Virus record (IMG/VR): IMGVR_UViG_3300028534_000013
Location: 57,868-121,867 of that record
Direction: 5' to 3' (one strand)
Source of the DNA: a virus
DNA: 64,000 nt
The stretch's first letter is position 1; the number at the start of each line of letters is the position of its first letter. Position numbers and translations under genes: made by a program. The notes below the pieces were generated by a model that saw nothing but the letters and a program-made list of their open reading frames with translations, searched no databases and was not told the DNA's origin. Below are positions 19,731 through 29,196 of the stretch, piece after piece.

Positions 19731-19739
19731 TGGTAAAAT
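19731..19739 (+). promoter_or_regulatory. Extended -10 promoter TGGTAAAAT with periodic upstream T-tracts
   Basis: TTTTTT-GC-TTTTTTT-ATTGA-TTTTT precedes TGGTAAAAT; no -35 hexamer. Confidence 0.6.
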
Positions 19740-19757
19740 ACAGAAAAAAGGAATTGT

Positions 19758-20024
19758 ATGGTTATTCCAATGTATGATAATATTTGCTGTGAAAGGCTCG
19801 GAGACGATAAAAAAACATCGTCAGGAGTGATAAGGGGAATCTCGAAAGAGAAACCGCTAATTGTAAAAGTTATATCTGTAGGCGATGAAATAAAAGAAAT
19901 AAGCCCAAACGATGTTCTCTTAATAAACAAATATTCTGGAGTTGAAATGGAAATTGATAAAAAAACAATGCTTTTCATAAAACCTACAGATGTGTTGGCA
20001 AAATTAAAACAAAAGGATAAATAA
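19758..20024 (+). CDS. groES: Co-chaperonin GroES/Cpn10 homolog
   Basis: PMYDNI...KKTSSGVI...KVISVG...DVLLINKYSGVEMEID...FIKPTDVLAKL follows the Cpn10 consensus; 88 aa. Confidence 0.9.
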   Translation: MVIPMYDNICCERLGDDKKTSSGVIRGISKEKPLIVKVISVGDEIKEISPNDVLLINKYSGVEMEIDKKTMLFIKPTDVLAKLKQKDK

Positions 20025-20596
20025 TGGCACTAGACTTAGAACAGCTTGCAGAAGAATCAACTGAAGCAACAGAAAAAAAGAACGAACAATCTGAAAACAA
20101 CAAAGAGGAAACAAAAGAGAAAAAAACTATTTTTGATGAAGCATCTCAAATACTTGAATTGCCTTTTGAGGTTGCAATGCAAAATTTAAAAGTAAGTGAA
20201 GAAGATATACTGGACGCAGGAAAACAATTATTTATTAACGGCAATTTTGAATATAAACTAAAGCTTCCTTTCGGTATGGAAGTAATTTTGAAAAGCAAAA
20301 AAGCGCTTGACGAAGTAGATTATTATACTTTTTTATATGACGCAATGCAGAAAGAGTTGAGCATGGAAGAGTTTAGGTACATGCTCAACATAAGAAACCT
20401 TGCCCATTGTATTGTTAAATTAGGGGATAAAGATATGTCTGATATGTCTTTTGACGATAAAGTAGATTATCTGTTATCATTACCTTCTCCGTTAATAGCG
20501 TCAATATTAAACCAAACTCAAAAATTTTGGAGTTTAATGTTGTTAATGATGCATAAAGATTTTGTGGGTTTTTTAATGGAAAAAGGGGAGCAGTAA
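20024..20596 (+). CDS. Putative tail assembly chaperone
   Basis: 190-aa acidic protein next to the tape measure gene, ending in a slippery heptamer. Confidence 0.6.
   Translation: MALDLEQLAEESTEATEKKNEQSENNKEETKEKKTIFDEASQILELPFEVAMQNLKVSEEDILDAGKQLFINGNFEYKLKLPFGMEVILKSKKALDEVDYYTFLYDAMQKELSMEEFRYMLNIRNLAHCIVKLGDKDMSDMSFDDKVDYLLSLPSPLIASILNQTQKFWSLMLLMMHKDFVGFLMEKGEQ
20566..20572 (+). other. Programmed -1 frameshift site G GGT TTT
   Basis: In-frame X XXY YYZ heptamer; the -1 frame is open from 20557 to 20841. Confidence 0.7.
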
Positions 20597-20841
20597 TATA
20601 CTGGGCACTAAAGCGTTTAGACAGAATGGACTCCCCTCCAGATGACGCTTTAGAAAATTTGGTTTTTGAGCAGCTAATCTATCTAAAAAAATATTCTAAA
20701 TTTTTGGAAATAATAATCCCAACACGTTTAATAGAAAAAGCTATAATTGCGCCTAACGTAAAAGAGGAATTCCGAAAAGATTTAGAAGAAGAATCACAGG
20801 AAAATGTAAAAGAACTAATTAAAGGATTGATAGTTGATTAA
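20572..20841 (+). CDS. Frameshift extension of the tail chaperone (contains track ORF 20626-20841)
   Basis: The -1 frame reads FNGKRGAVIYWALKRLDRMDSPPDDALE...; a fused product would be about 272 aa. Confidence 0.6.
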   Translation, partial: FNGKRGAVIYWALKRLDRMDSPPDDALENLVFEQLIYLKKYSKFLEIIIPTRLIEKAIIAPNVKEEFRKDLEEESQENVKELIKGLIVD

Positions 20842-22681
20842 ATTTGACAGATACTCTCCACTGGCCGAAGTTTTTAAAAACGAATTCAACGTTAAACCGT
20901 TTGATATTCAATATTGTTTTGATAGGCATTTAATTTTATACAAAGACAAATATTGGTTTGATACGGTTACTTCATTCGTTAATTTTATTAAACCTAAAAC
21001 AGACATTAATTATTTTATAGAAGAACACAGAAAAATAATTTCCCCTCTTGAAACTTTAAGAATTGAAGAGTATAAGCAAAACTTGGTTAATATAGATAAA
21101 ATTATGTCTCAAATACCTCACCAAGATAAAGGGAAAGATTATTTAATAGTTACAGAACCGGTTGCCGTTGTTTTTGGTGATAAAACCATAAAAGTTCCAA
21201 AATATGGAAGATTATATTTTGAGAAGAATTTCGCCAAACAGACTACCGGCCTTTTTGTTACAAACAAAAATGGACAAACTTTATTTTATGTTAGAGCCGC
21301 ATCTTTGTTGTCTAAACCTTTAAATTTTGATTCAAAAAAAATAAATAAAATATACTTTGATTACAATATGGATATAAATCAATTTAATAAAGATGATGAC
21401 ACTATTGTAGTGAAACCAAATCAGTTTATACTGCTTGAAGATATTGTTAAAAAAAATAAAAGAATAATAAAATTTTTTATGAGGGGCAAATTAACTGGCA
21501 AATTTTTATTAAAACATCAGGACATTATGTGGGCTATGTATAGAAACTCTCCTGTTAACGGGGAATTGATTTATGATGCAATTTTATCTGGCGATTATAC
21601 ACCTAATGAAATTACTCAAATAAAAAAAATGTTATATGATTTGGATATAACAAGATATATACACCCTAACTATTATAATGATTTTAGAAATTTAATTGTA
21701 TCTCTTCAAAGAAAGATAAACGAAAAAAAACAAATATATAAATTGACAAACAAATATATTATAGTTAGAGATTTTAAAACCATTAAAGAAAATAAAGCTA
21801 AATATCTGTTTGATGCTTTTTTTGATTACAAACATCTCTCAAAAGACGCAATTTTAATAAAATCAAAAACGCTAAAATTCAAACAAGAGCTAACCCATGC
21901 CAACATTCCCCAAGTTGCTTTTAAAATTATGCAAAAGGTGTCTCATACAGAACTTTTTAATGAAATTCGTGAATATGTGTCTGAATCTTTCAAAATACAA
22001 TACGGAATGGAAATAGTGTTATTAAAACTTTTAAATAAACACAAACCTTTCTTCTTTGGCAATTTTAACAACACTTTTCATATGGTGGGCAAAAATGGAA
22101 CATTAAAAATTGTATACGATAAAAAAGTAGAGCTAATAAAGGATGTTAAAAACCAAAAACAATGGGTTAAATTTAACAATTTTAGAAGTTTTTATATTTA
22201 TAAAACAGACTTATCTTTTAACTTAAATAAATTACTTAATTTTGTTAAGCAAGCAGTGTACATTAAAACACCCGCTATTGTAGATAATGTTTTAAAACTG
22301 ATTATTGGAGGACCTACTTATCATTTATTTAATATTGGTTTTGATTTTCCTTTATATGTAAAAGAAGGGTGGCACTCTAAAAAAATGTATAATTTGTTAA
22401 ATGCAAACGGAATAATAGATATTCCTTATCATAAAACATCTTACAGCAATGTGCATCCGTTTTATACAGACCACAGGTTTGGCGTCTACAAAAACAAAGA
22501 GCTAGAAAAAAAAGCTAAAAGAACTTATAGGGAAGTAAAGATGGAAGACGTCAAAAATGCGCAAATAAGGTTTTTATTACAAAGTATAAAAAATGGGCCG
22601 GAAGAATTTGATAAAGAAAAATGGAAAGAGGCTCTTGAAAAAACTTGGGTTTCTATTTTAGAAGAGGGAATAACGGTTTAA
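20834..22681 (+). CDS. Large hypothetical protein (basic)
   Basis: 615-aa ORF; no motif recognised. Confidence 0.75.
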   Translation: MIKFDRYSPLAEVFKNEFNVKPFDIQYCFDRHLILYKDKYWFDTVTSFVNFIKPKTDINYFIEEHRKIISPLETLRIEEYKQNLVNIDKIMSQIPHQDKGKDYLIVTEPVAVVFGDKTIKVPKYGRLYFEKNFAKQTTGLFVTNKNGQTLFYVRAASLLSKPLNFDSKKINKIYFDYNMDINQFNKDDDTIVVKPNQFILLEDIVKKNKRIIKFFMRGKLTGKFLLKHQDIMWAMYRNSPVNGELIYDAILSGDYTPNEITQIKKMLYDLDITRYIHPNYYNDFRNLIVSLQRKINEKKQIYKLTNKYIIVRDFKTIKENKAKYLFDAFFDYKHLSKDAILIKSKTLKFKQELTHANIPQVAFKIMQKVSHTELFNEIREYVSESFKIQYGMEIVLLKLLNKHKPFFFGNFNNTFHMVGKNGTLKIVYDKKVELIKDVKNQKQWVKFNNFRSFYIYKTDLSFNLNKLLNFVKQAVYIKTPAIVDNVLKLIIGGPTYHLFNIGFDFPLYVKEGWHSKKMYNLLNANGIIDIPYHKTSYSNVHPFYTDHRFGVYKNKELEKKAKRTYREVKMEDVKNAQIRFLLQSIKNGPEEFDKEKWKEALEKTWVSILEEGITV

Positions 22682-23441
22682 TTCTTGCGTCGTTCGAAGG
22701 AATTATTTGGGCGGTTATTTGTGTAGATGTCCTAACCCCTCCTATTGATGCTTCATTTGCGTTTTTTATTTCGAAAAATTCTCTTGTTGTTAAATCAAAC
22801 ATTATACTTCCTAGAACAAAATCGAGCCTACTAAATGTTGTGTATACAGCCAAATTATAAAACGTGATACCTTTGTCAGTAACAACCTGTTGCGATTGTG
22901 TTTTTATTCTTCTTGCTTTAAAATAAATAGGGATATAATGGTTTATCTGCCCTGTTCCGTTGCACATTGGACAATTTGTTGATATTCTTTGCCCCAAGTC
23001 CTCATCATAACATTCAGGGCAAGGCTGGCTTTCTAAATTTTTCACAAATAAAGCACATTCTGTTCCTGATATAGACCAAAGTCTTTCAAAGTCAAACATT
23101 AATTTGCTTACTATACCATATAAGTCTTTTCTTCCTTTTGGTTCCAGTTTAAATGTTGAAGACGTTTCTACAACATTGCCATCTTTTAATAATTCGAAAT
23201 AAAAATCTTTATAAAAAATAAAGTCAAATTCAATCATATTTACTTCAACTTCGTATATATTGTCATCTTTTTTTATTAAAATATTGTTTTTAGATTTGTC
23301 ATTTGTCAAATCATAAGAATCCATTTCTATTACCGCATTTTCAGTCATCATTTTCAAAACAATAGTATCATATTCTGAATCTGTAACAATTTCAAACTCA
23401 AGATTTCCTGCTGTAATTAGTAATATTTTAATATCAATCAT
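22653..23441 (-). CDS. Putative neck/head-closure protein with Zn finger
   Basis: CPECYD...CPMCNGTG, followed by a beta-rich domain. Confidence 0.5.
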   Translation of the reverse strand: MIDIKILLITAGNLEFEIVTDSEYDTIVLKMMTENAVIEMDSYDLTNDKSKNNILIKKDDNIYEVEVNMIEFDFIFYKDFYFELLKDGNVVETSSTFKLEPKGRKDLYGIVSKLMFDFERLWSISGTECALFVKNLESQPCPECYDEDLGQRISTNCPMCNGTGQINHYIPIYFKARRIKTQSQQVVTDKGITFYNLAVYTTFSRLDFVLGSIMFDLTTREFFEIKNANEASIGGVRTSTQITAQIIPSNDARIKPLFPLLK

Positions 23442-23881
23442 AATGAGATACTTTCATCGTTGTAATTTATCTCACTGGAAGTTATTTTAATGTTATTTTT
23501 ATCTTTTGGTATTACTGTTATGTTGTCTCTATAGATTGATATAGTGCCTTCTATTTGGTCTGTTTTATATTTGATATTAGACACATCAGATGCAGCGTTT
23601 ACAATTAAAGGCGTTTCAGAGATTTTGTTGTTCAAATCTACAAAAAAACTGTTGATAAGTTTAATATTTTCATTTATAGTTGGAATTATGTTTTCTATAT
23701 TATCTACTTTTTTTAACTCTATTATAGGCATTTCAAATCCTTTTTCTTTTATTTTGTTAATAAAATAATTTATTGATAATTCTATATCATTAAACACAGA
23801 ATTGATGCTGTTTAAACTTAGGGCGTCTATTGAGTTTATTTTTTTAAAAAACACCTTTAATTCAGCTATTATCGATACCAC
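23438..23881 (-). CDS. Hypothetical protein
   Basis: 147 aa, overlapping both neighbours. Confidence 0.6.
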   Translation of the reverse strand: MVSIIAELKVFFKKINSIDALSLNSINSVFNDIELSINYFINKIKEKGFEMPIIELKKVDNIENIIPTINENIKLINSFFVDLNNKISETPLIVNAASDVSNIKYKTDQIEGTISIYRDNITVIPKDKNNIKITSSEINYNDESISL

Positions 23882-24482
23882 CGTAATCCCTTAATGTTTT
23901 AATGTATGCTTGTTTCATTTTGTCTTGCAATTCTTTTCGTTTAGAATAATATGTTGTTTTTGGTAGCCCTGTATACTTATATGCTTTTTCAGGGGTCATA
24001 TTTTGAGATATTGTATGCAACACTTTTTCCTCTTCTTTAGAAAGCCCATGCAACAAATCTTTAGGATTAATATCTATTTTAGAAGTATCTACCCCATGAA
24101 CAATAGCTACATGCTGATTGTTTTCAAGTACACTTTTTACTTTTGATTCTGGTATTTTTAATTTTTTAGCAATATCATATGTGGTTGGGGTTATATGTTT
24201 GTAGGTTTTCATTTCTTTGTAAGTGTTAATTATTTTGTTTTCAATACCTTTAGAATATTCTGTGGTTTTTATTAAGCCCCCTTTTGCTTGGGCCGCTCTA
24301 CTCATTTTATTCATATATGTTGCTAAATGGGTTTGAAATTGGGATTTATTAGGGTCGTAAGTTTTTACGGCTTGATTGTATAATCTTTCAACATGGAAAT
24401 CCAACATAGCCGGGGAAAAATGTCCCTCATATCTGGTCTTATAATAAGATAGCAGTTTGTTTTTTTGTTTTTCATCCAGCAC
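23862..24482 (-). CDS. Phage sigma70-family-like factor
   Basis: Region 2-like QAVKTYDPNKSQFQTHLATYM, region 3-like PTTYDIAKKLKIPESKV, region 4 HTH-like LSKEEEKVL...AYKYTGLPKTTYYSKRK. Confidence 0.75.
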   Translation of the reverse strand: MLDEKQKNKLLSYYKTRYEGHFSPAMLDFHVERLYNQAVKTYDPNKSQFQTHLATYMNKMSRAAQAKGGLIKTTEYSKGIENKIINTYKEMKTYKHITPTTYDIAKKLKIPESKVKSVLENNQHVAIVHGVDTSKIDINPKDLLHGLSKEEEKVLHTISQNMTPEKAYKYTGLPKTTYYSKRKELQDKMKQAYIKTLRDYGGIDNS

Positions 24483-24483
24483 T

Positions 24484-25458
24484 TTACATCCTTATGGCCA
24501 TATCTCTATATGATTCCATTTTGTTGTGGTTGTGGTATCTGTCGTACATTATGCCTCCAGCCAATCCAACGCCTATTGTATCGTACACCATATTGCTTTT
24601 ATGTTTATCTACTGCTTTTGTCAATTTTTTATAATCAGGATGGTTTTTAGCTAAATCACCGTATTCTTTTTCAAGTTGCTTTAAACCTTTAATGGCCCCT
24701 CTATATTTTTTAAAGCTGGTTACTATAGGCACATATGCTGCTTTTTTTTGCAATAAATTAGGAATATTTGCAACATCATCAATATATGGGGCATATTTTA
24801 AAGCCGCTTGATTTATTCCATTATTTTTATTCGCTTCCTCTTCCTGGTGCTGTTTTCTTTTATGTAAATAATAAGAAATTGCAGGAATAGCTGACAATCC
24901 CAGCCCAAGTAAATTGCTGCCTCTTAAAAATCTACTAAATTTACTCATTTTTGCAGCCGGGTTAAAAGCTTTAAAACCTTCCCCAATCTCTTTAACTCCT
25001 CTCTTTAAATGTTCGACAGGATTAAATGCGTGTTTTAAATTTTTAAACAATTCGGCTTTATTTTTTGAATTAACCATTTTTTTACCGGCATCCATTCCAT
25101 GCATCATAGCTCCAAACGAATAAACACTTCCGGCAGCAGCGGGAGCATATATCATTCCTGCGTGCAGTAAACTTGGCTTATCGTCTTCTTTTATGTATTT
25201 TTCTTTTAACGCATTGGCGGCTTTATTTCCTGCATAAGAAGCTGCGGCACCGGTAACGCCTCCCGCAAATCCTCCAGCTAGACCGCCGCCTATATTTTTA
25301 GCTATTCCTTTTACTTTACTTACATTTTTATCAATTTTGTCGAAAGCTCCTATAGCTCCAGTAATAGCGGTATTAGTTAATGTATCATTTTTTATTTGCT
25401 GGTAAGCGTTTTTTTTATTTGTTTGCTGTATATTGTCATATTGCTGAATTGCTGGCAT
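24484..25458 (-). CDS. Gly/Ala-rich multi-helix protein with K-x-A (putative ejection protein)
   Basis: Several Gly-zipper segments (GGGLAGGFAGGVTGAAA, GLGLSAIPA, GVGLAGG) and QKKAA. Confidence 0.6.
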   Translation of the reverse strand: MPAIQQYDNIQQTNKKNAYQQIKNDTLTNTAITGAIGAFDKIDKNVSKVKGIAKNIGGGLAGGFAGGVTGAAASYAGNKAANALKEKYIKEDDKPSLLHAGMIYAPAAAGSVYSFGAMMHGMDAGKKMVNSKNKAELFKNLKHAFNPVEHLKRGVKEIGEGFKAFNPAAKMSKFSRFLRGSNLLGLGLSAIPAISYYLHKRKQHQEEEANKNNGINQAALKYAPYIDDVANIPNLLQKKAAYVPIVTSFKKYRGAIKGLKQLEKEYGDLAKNHPDYKKLTKAVDKHKSNMVYDTIGVGLAGGIMYDRYHNHNKMESYRDMAIRM

Positions 25459-25469
25459 TTTTGCTCCTA

Positions 25470-25763
25470 TTAATATTGTGCTTTTATTTTATAATATGTG
25501 TTAATTATAACACCATTGTTGTTAATTGTAAACCACCCATAATATGTGGTTGGTCTAGTTAAAAAATCATTAGTATTATATATAAATGTTATCTTGTTTC
25601 CGTCTATAGATTGAGGGGGAACTTCTTTTATTTTATCAGTTAATCCTTGCGCCATATTTCTTTTATAGAGAGTTAGCTTAATGTCAGACGCATTAGAGGA
25701 CAAATTATCCACTTCAACGTTTAAGGTTACCGTATCCCTGACTTTATGTTTAAATATTATCAT
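25470..25763 (-). CDS. Small beta-sandwich structural protein (BppU N-terminal-like)
   Basis: 97 aa; RDTVTL...ITFIYNTNDF...YYGWFTI. Weak call. Confidence 0.4.
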   Translation of the reverse strand: MIIFKHKVRDTVTLNVEVDNLSSNASDIKLTLYKRNMAQGLTDKIKEVPPQSIDGNKITFIYNTNDFLTRPTTYYGWFTINNNGVIINTYYKIKAQY

Positions 25764-25772
25764 AATATCTCC

Positions 25773-27599
25773 TTATTTTCCTATTTTTTTAATATCAATA
25801 ACTTTTCCGCTTTTATCTTTAATTGTTAGCGTTCCGGTATTTGAATTATCGTTTGATAGATTTCCACTATATACCGTTCCCCCGTTTTTATTGCTTATTG
25901 TTATATTTCTGCCACTTGATTGGTTGTTAAGCTCGTCTAGTAAATTTGTTCTTGATACAATATTCCCATTTTTGTCTTTGATTGTTAAAACGTTTGAATC
26001 AGGGTCGTTATTTATGTCTCCGGCTCTTGTTTTGCTTATAATGTTTCCATTTTTGTCCTTAATTATTAATACTCCTAAGTCAGGATTATTATCTTTATGG
26101 GCCAAAGGACCGTCATACACAATATTTCCATCTTTATCTTTTATAACTAAATGTCCGCCTGGATATTTTTCATAGCCTATATCAGGAGCGCTATCATCCG
26201 CTCCGCTTCCTCCGTCGCTTGAGTTATTGTCGGATGTTTCTTTGTTAACCTCTTTTTCTATATCAGCTAATGTTATTTTAACAATATCATCTTTTAATTC
26301 TGTACATAATAAATTTGAAATAGTTTCCACCCCTTCTGATGTTGGTATGAATTGTACGCTGGTGGACAATACCAGTAAATCAACCTGGTTTATTTCCAAT
26401 TGTTTAATTTCTTCGTAATTAAAATCTTTGTATTTTTCTAAAATAAAATCGTCTCTAGGAATTACATTAACCACAGAATATGCAGGAGCAATACCGACCA
26501 CTGAAACATTTGTAGATACTGTGTTTATTCTGTTTTTTAAACTTGATATATATTTTAAATAAGCCAACAGTAAAGAGCTTCCTTTGTATTCAGAATTAGC
26601 TGAAGAATTGTCTTTTTTTGCTTTTAACTTTAAAATTTTACTTTTCGCCACTTCTAACGGAGTTTCTTGCTTTTTATCTTTTGTTTTAACTTCTACATTC
26701 GTAAAAAAAGACATTAAAGGAGAGGCTATTGAATATTGATAATTACCCCCTATCGCAGTTGAGTGACTTAAATTTGTGTCCTTTAAAAAAGACACCACAT
26801 GTTTGTTTGCCCAGTCATCGTATTTTATAGAACCATTAAACGGATTAGCGCTTGAAATTCCACCTTCATTATCTAATGTATAACTAATAAACGTAATATT
26901 TCTTGAATAGTCAACAGTTTCATTTAAAGAAAGTACAGAATCAACATTACTTTGAATGCCATTATCTTGAGAAAATAATTCTTCTAAAGTATACATAGTA
27001 AAGGACGGTTGTGCCATATCCAACCCAACCGGAAAATCTTGCACTATTCTAAGACCCATATTCTGATATAATACATTTAATATTTCATTAACATTAATGT
27101 ATGAGTTAATCATGTTGAAAAGCATTTTTACAGAATTTGGATTTATAGTTAATTTATTCAAAATAAAATTATCGGTATCTTGAAGCGTTTTAGATTTGCT
27201 TATAAAAACCTTGTCTCCGTCTTTAACTCCTTCTGCCTTGTAAACCAAATTAAGAAGTTGATTCATTAGGTCAACCGGCGATAAAACAATATCTGTATCT
27301 ACAGTAATTATTTTTAAAAAATCGGTAGAATTTATTATAGGAATATCAGTAGTTTTGGAGACAGCAGAAATTGGATAGTTTCTGTTCATGTATACGAACA
27401 ATTTAGGTATCAAAACAGAAGTTGTACCTATGTTTGATGAACTAACCTGAGAAATACCTTTGGTCTCAATCCATCCTGTTTCTTGAAAATCATCTGGTTT
27501 TGATATGTATGTTTTTGATATGGAATAAAATGTAGTTATTTGCGCATTAAAACTACTAATAGAAAGTTGTGTTAAGTTTTTAAAATATCCTAAATCCAT
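25773..27599 (-). CDS. Putative baseplate/tail protein with C-terminal IKDKxG repeats
   Basis: 608 aa with five C-terminal repeat units. Confidence 0.55.
   Translation of the reverse strand: MDLGYFKNLTQLSISSFNAQITTFYSISKTYISKPDDFQETGWIETKGISQVSSSNIGTTSVLIPKLFVYMNRNYPISAVSKTTDIPIINSTDFLKIITVDTDIVLSPVDLMNQLLNLVYKAEGVKDGDKVFISKSKTLQDTDNFILNKLTINPNSVKMLFNMINSYINVNEILNVLYQNMGLRIVQDFPVGLDMAQPSFTMYTLEELFSQDNGIQSNVDSVLSLNETVDYSRNITFISYTLDNEGGISSANPFNGSIKYDDWANKHVVSFLKDTNLSHSTAIGGNYQYSIASPLMSFFTNVEVKTKDKKQETPLEVAKSKILKLKAKKDNSSANSEYKGSSLLLAYLKYISSLKNRINTVSTNVSVVGIAPAYSVVNVIPRDDFILEKYKDFNYEEIKQLEINQVDLLVLSTSVQFIPTSEGVETISNLLCTELKDDIVKITLADIEKEVNKETSDNNSSDGGSGADDSAPDIGYEKYPGGHLVIKDKDGNIVYDGPLAHKDNNPDLGVLIIKDKNGNIISKTRAGDINNDPDSNVLTIKDKNGNIVSRTNLLDELNNQSSGRNITISNKNGGTVYSGNLSNDNSNTGTLTIKDKSGKVIDIKKIGK
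25785..26150 (-). repeat. Five imperfect protein-level repeats, 25-27 aa each (IKDKDGNIV, IKDKNGNII, IKDKNGNIV, ISNKNGGTV, IKDKSGKVI)
   Basis: Read directly in the translation. Confidence 0.85.
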
Positions 27600-27606
27600 A
27601 ATTCAC

Positions 27607-29184
27607 CTAAAATAAATAAGTTTTTTCAGCAGCTATATTAATTCCGCTGTTAATATTTATAGCTTTGCAAGGTAATTCGTTGTTTACACATATAGGAGAT
27701 GTAAAAGAATATTCATCATCATCTAAAAACGATACTTTATTGTTTAGAATGTTTAAAAACTCCGAATTTGAAACAAGAACTTCTGCATTTACATGGTTAA
27801 ACAAAACAACAAGTAAATTTATGTTCGCCAGAGTAGCAGGAATTCCAGGGACAGGTTCAACAAAAGAATAAAAAATATCGTTACAATATTTATTAAACCT
27901 TCTGGATGTTATTATATATATAAAAAGTTCGGTATATGTTTTTTCCACATTAAACTCAGTTAATCCGGTGTCTTTTAAATAGTCGTTTAAAGTGGATTCT
28001 CCATGTGCGCCTTCACTGTTTGATAATAAATCTTTAATATAGTCAAAAATATTTGAACTAACTTTAGTGGTTATAGTTTTATAAATGGGAGTGGGGACGC
28101 TATCGCTTGAATAGCCATCAAACTGTTTACTATACCTATTCCATTCACTGTCTTTAAAAACCACATTTCCGTCTTGAACCATTTTTTCAAATAAAGACTC
28201 AAAAGAATCAATACTTAGAATTAATCTATAAAAATAGTCCATATATTTACCTACAAAAGTATCGTTTTTGGTTAAAAAGTTTTTAGCATCCGTGTCTATT
28301 TTTAACATTTCTTGTTTTGTAGGTTTATACGCTCCCATTTTCGCTAAAAAAACCGGATAAGATATGACGGAGTTTAATTCTGTTGAATCAATTACCGTCA
28401 ACTGTTTTAGATTGCTTAAATTTTTAAGAATTACTTCGTTAGATATTGCACTGTCTGTAATTATTGAATTTAAGCCTTCTAATGAGAATGTTTTTATATT
28501 TGAAAACTCAATAACAATATTAGTATCCAATAAACTAAAAGATGTTTCAGATACAGAAAAAATATTATTATTTATGTTTTTTGAAACATTTATGCTTATA
28601 TTTTTGTTTTGTTTGTTAGCAGACGATAGAGAGTTTCCTATTTCAATATTAACAACATCAGTATCGTTTAAACCGTTTAAATCTTGAGAGTATATTTTAA
28701 ATTTTACGGTTTTATCATTTATTGTATAAAAATTATTTGCAAACCATTCAAAGGACGGTATCTGGGAATCTTCAAAATCAGAAGAGCTTACCGTATCCGA
28801 ATATGTAAATTCAAATTCATTTACTTGCGACAGTTGGGCAAATGTTTTTGAGAGTTCTGCAATTAATTTATCTGTACTATCAGTAAGAATAACGGTATTA
28901 TCTTTAATGTGTAAATAACTACATTCTATTTCGTTGTTAAACAGTTTCATTTTTATATCTGTTAAAGCTGTCCAAGTGTTATTTTCAGGGATTATTTTAA
29001 GACCTCCACCTATCTGCATTTCTTCAACTGAAGAGGAAAATACAGGCACAGGCATTATTGTTTTCTTCCTACTTTCAAGATAATTGTTTACAAAATCCTG
29101 CAACGTCTCATCGATATAAGTAGTGGAAGTGTCCATGTAGTCTATTATAGATTTGTAATAATCAAAATCAAAAGTTATATCCAT
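27607..29184 (-). CDS. Hypothetical structural protein
   Basis: 525-aa ORF with RBS. Confidence 0.7.
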   Translation of the reverse strand: MDITFDFDYYKSIIDYMDTSTTYIDETLQDFVNNYLESRKKTIMPVPVFSSSVEEMQIGGGLKIIPENNTWTALTDIKMKLFNNEIECSYLHIKDNTVILTDSTDKLIAELSKTFAQLSQVNEFEFTYSDTVSSSDFEDSQIPSFEWFANNFYTINDKTVKFKIYSQDLNGLNDTDVVNIEIGNSLSSANKQNKNISINVSKNINNNIFSVSETSFSLLDTNIVIEFSNIKTFSLEGLNSIITDSAISNEVILKNLSNLKQLTVIDSTELNSVISYPVFLAKMGAYKPTKQEMLKIDTDAKNFLTKNDTFVGKYMDYFYRLILSIDSFESLFEKMVQDGNVVFKDSEWNRYSKQFDGYSSDSVPTPIYKTITTKVSSNIFDYIKDLLSNSEGAHGESTLNDYLKDTGLTEFNVEKTYTELFIYIITSRRFNKYCNDIFYSFVEPVPGIPATLANINLLVVLFNHVNAEVLVSNSEFLNILNNKVSFLDDDEYSFTSPICVNNELPCKAININSGINIAAEKTYLF

Positions 29185-29196
29185 ATCAAATCCTTA

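Noticed and set aside
20576-20586. Second slippery run ATGGAAAAAGG
   Set aside because: G GAA AAA does not fit XXXYYYZ as well as the upstream G GGT TTT.
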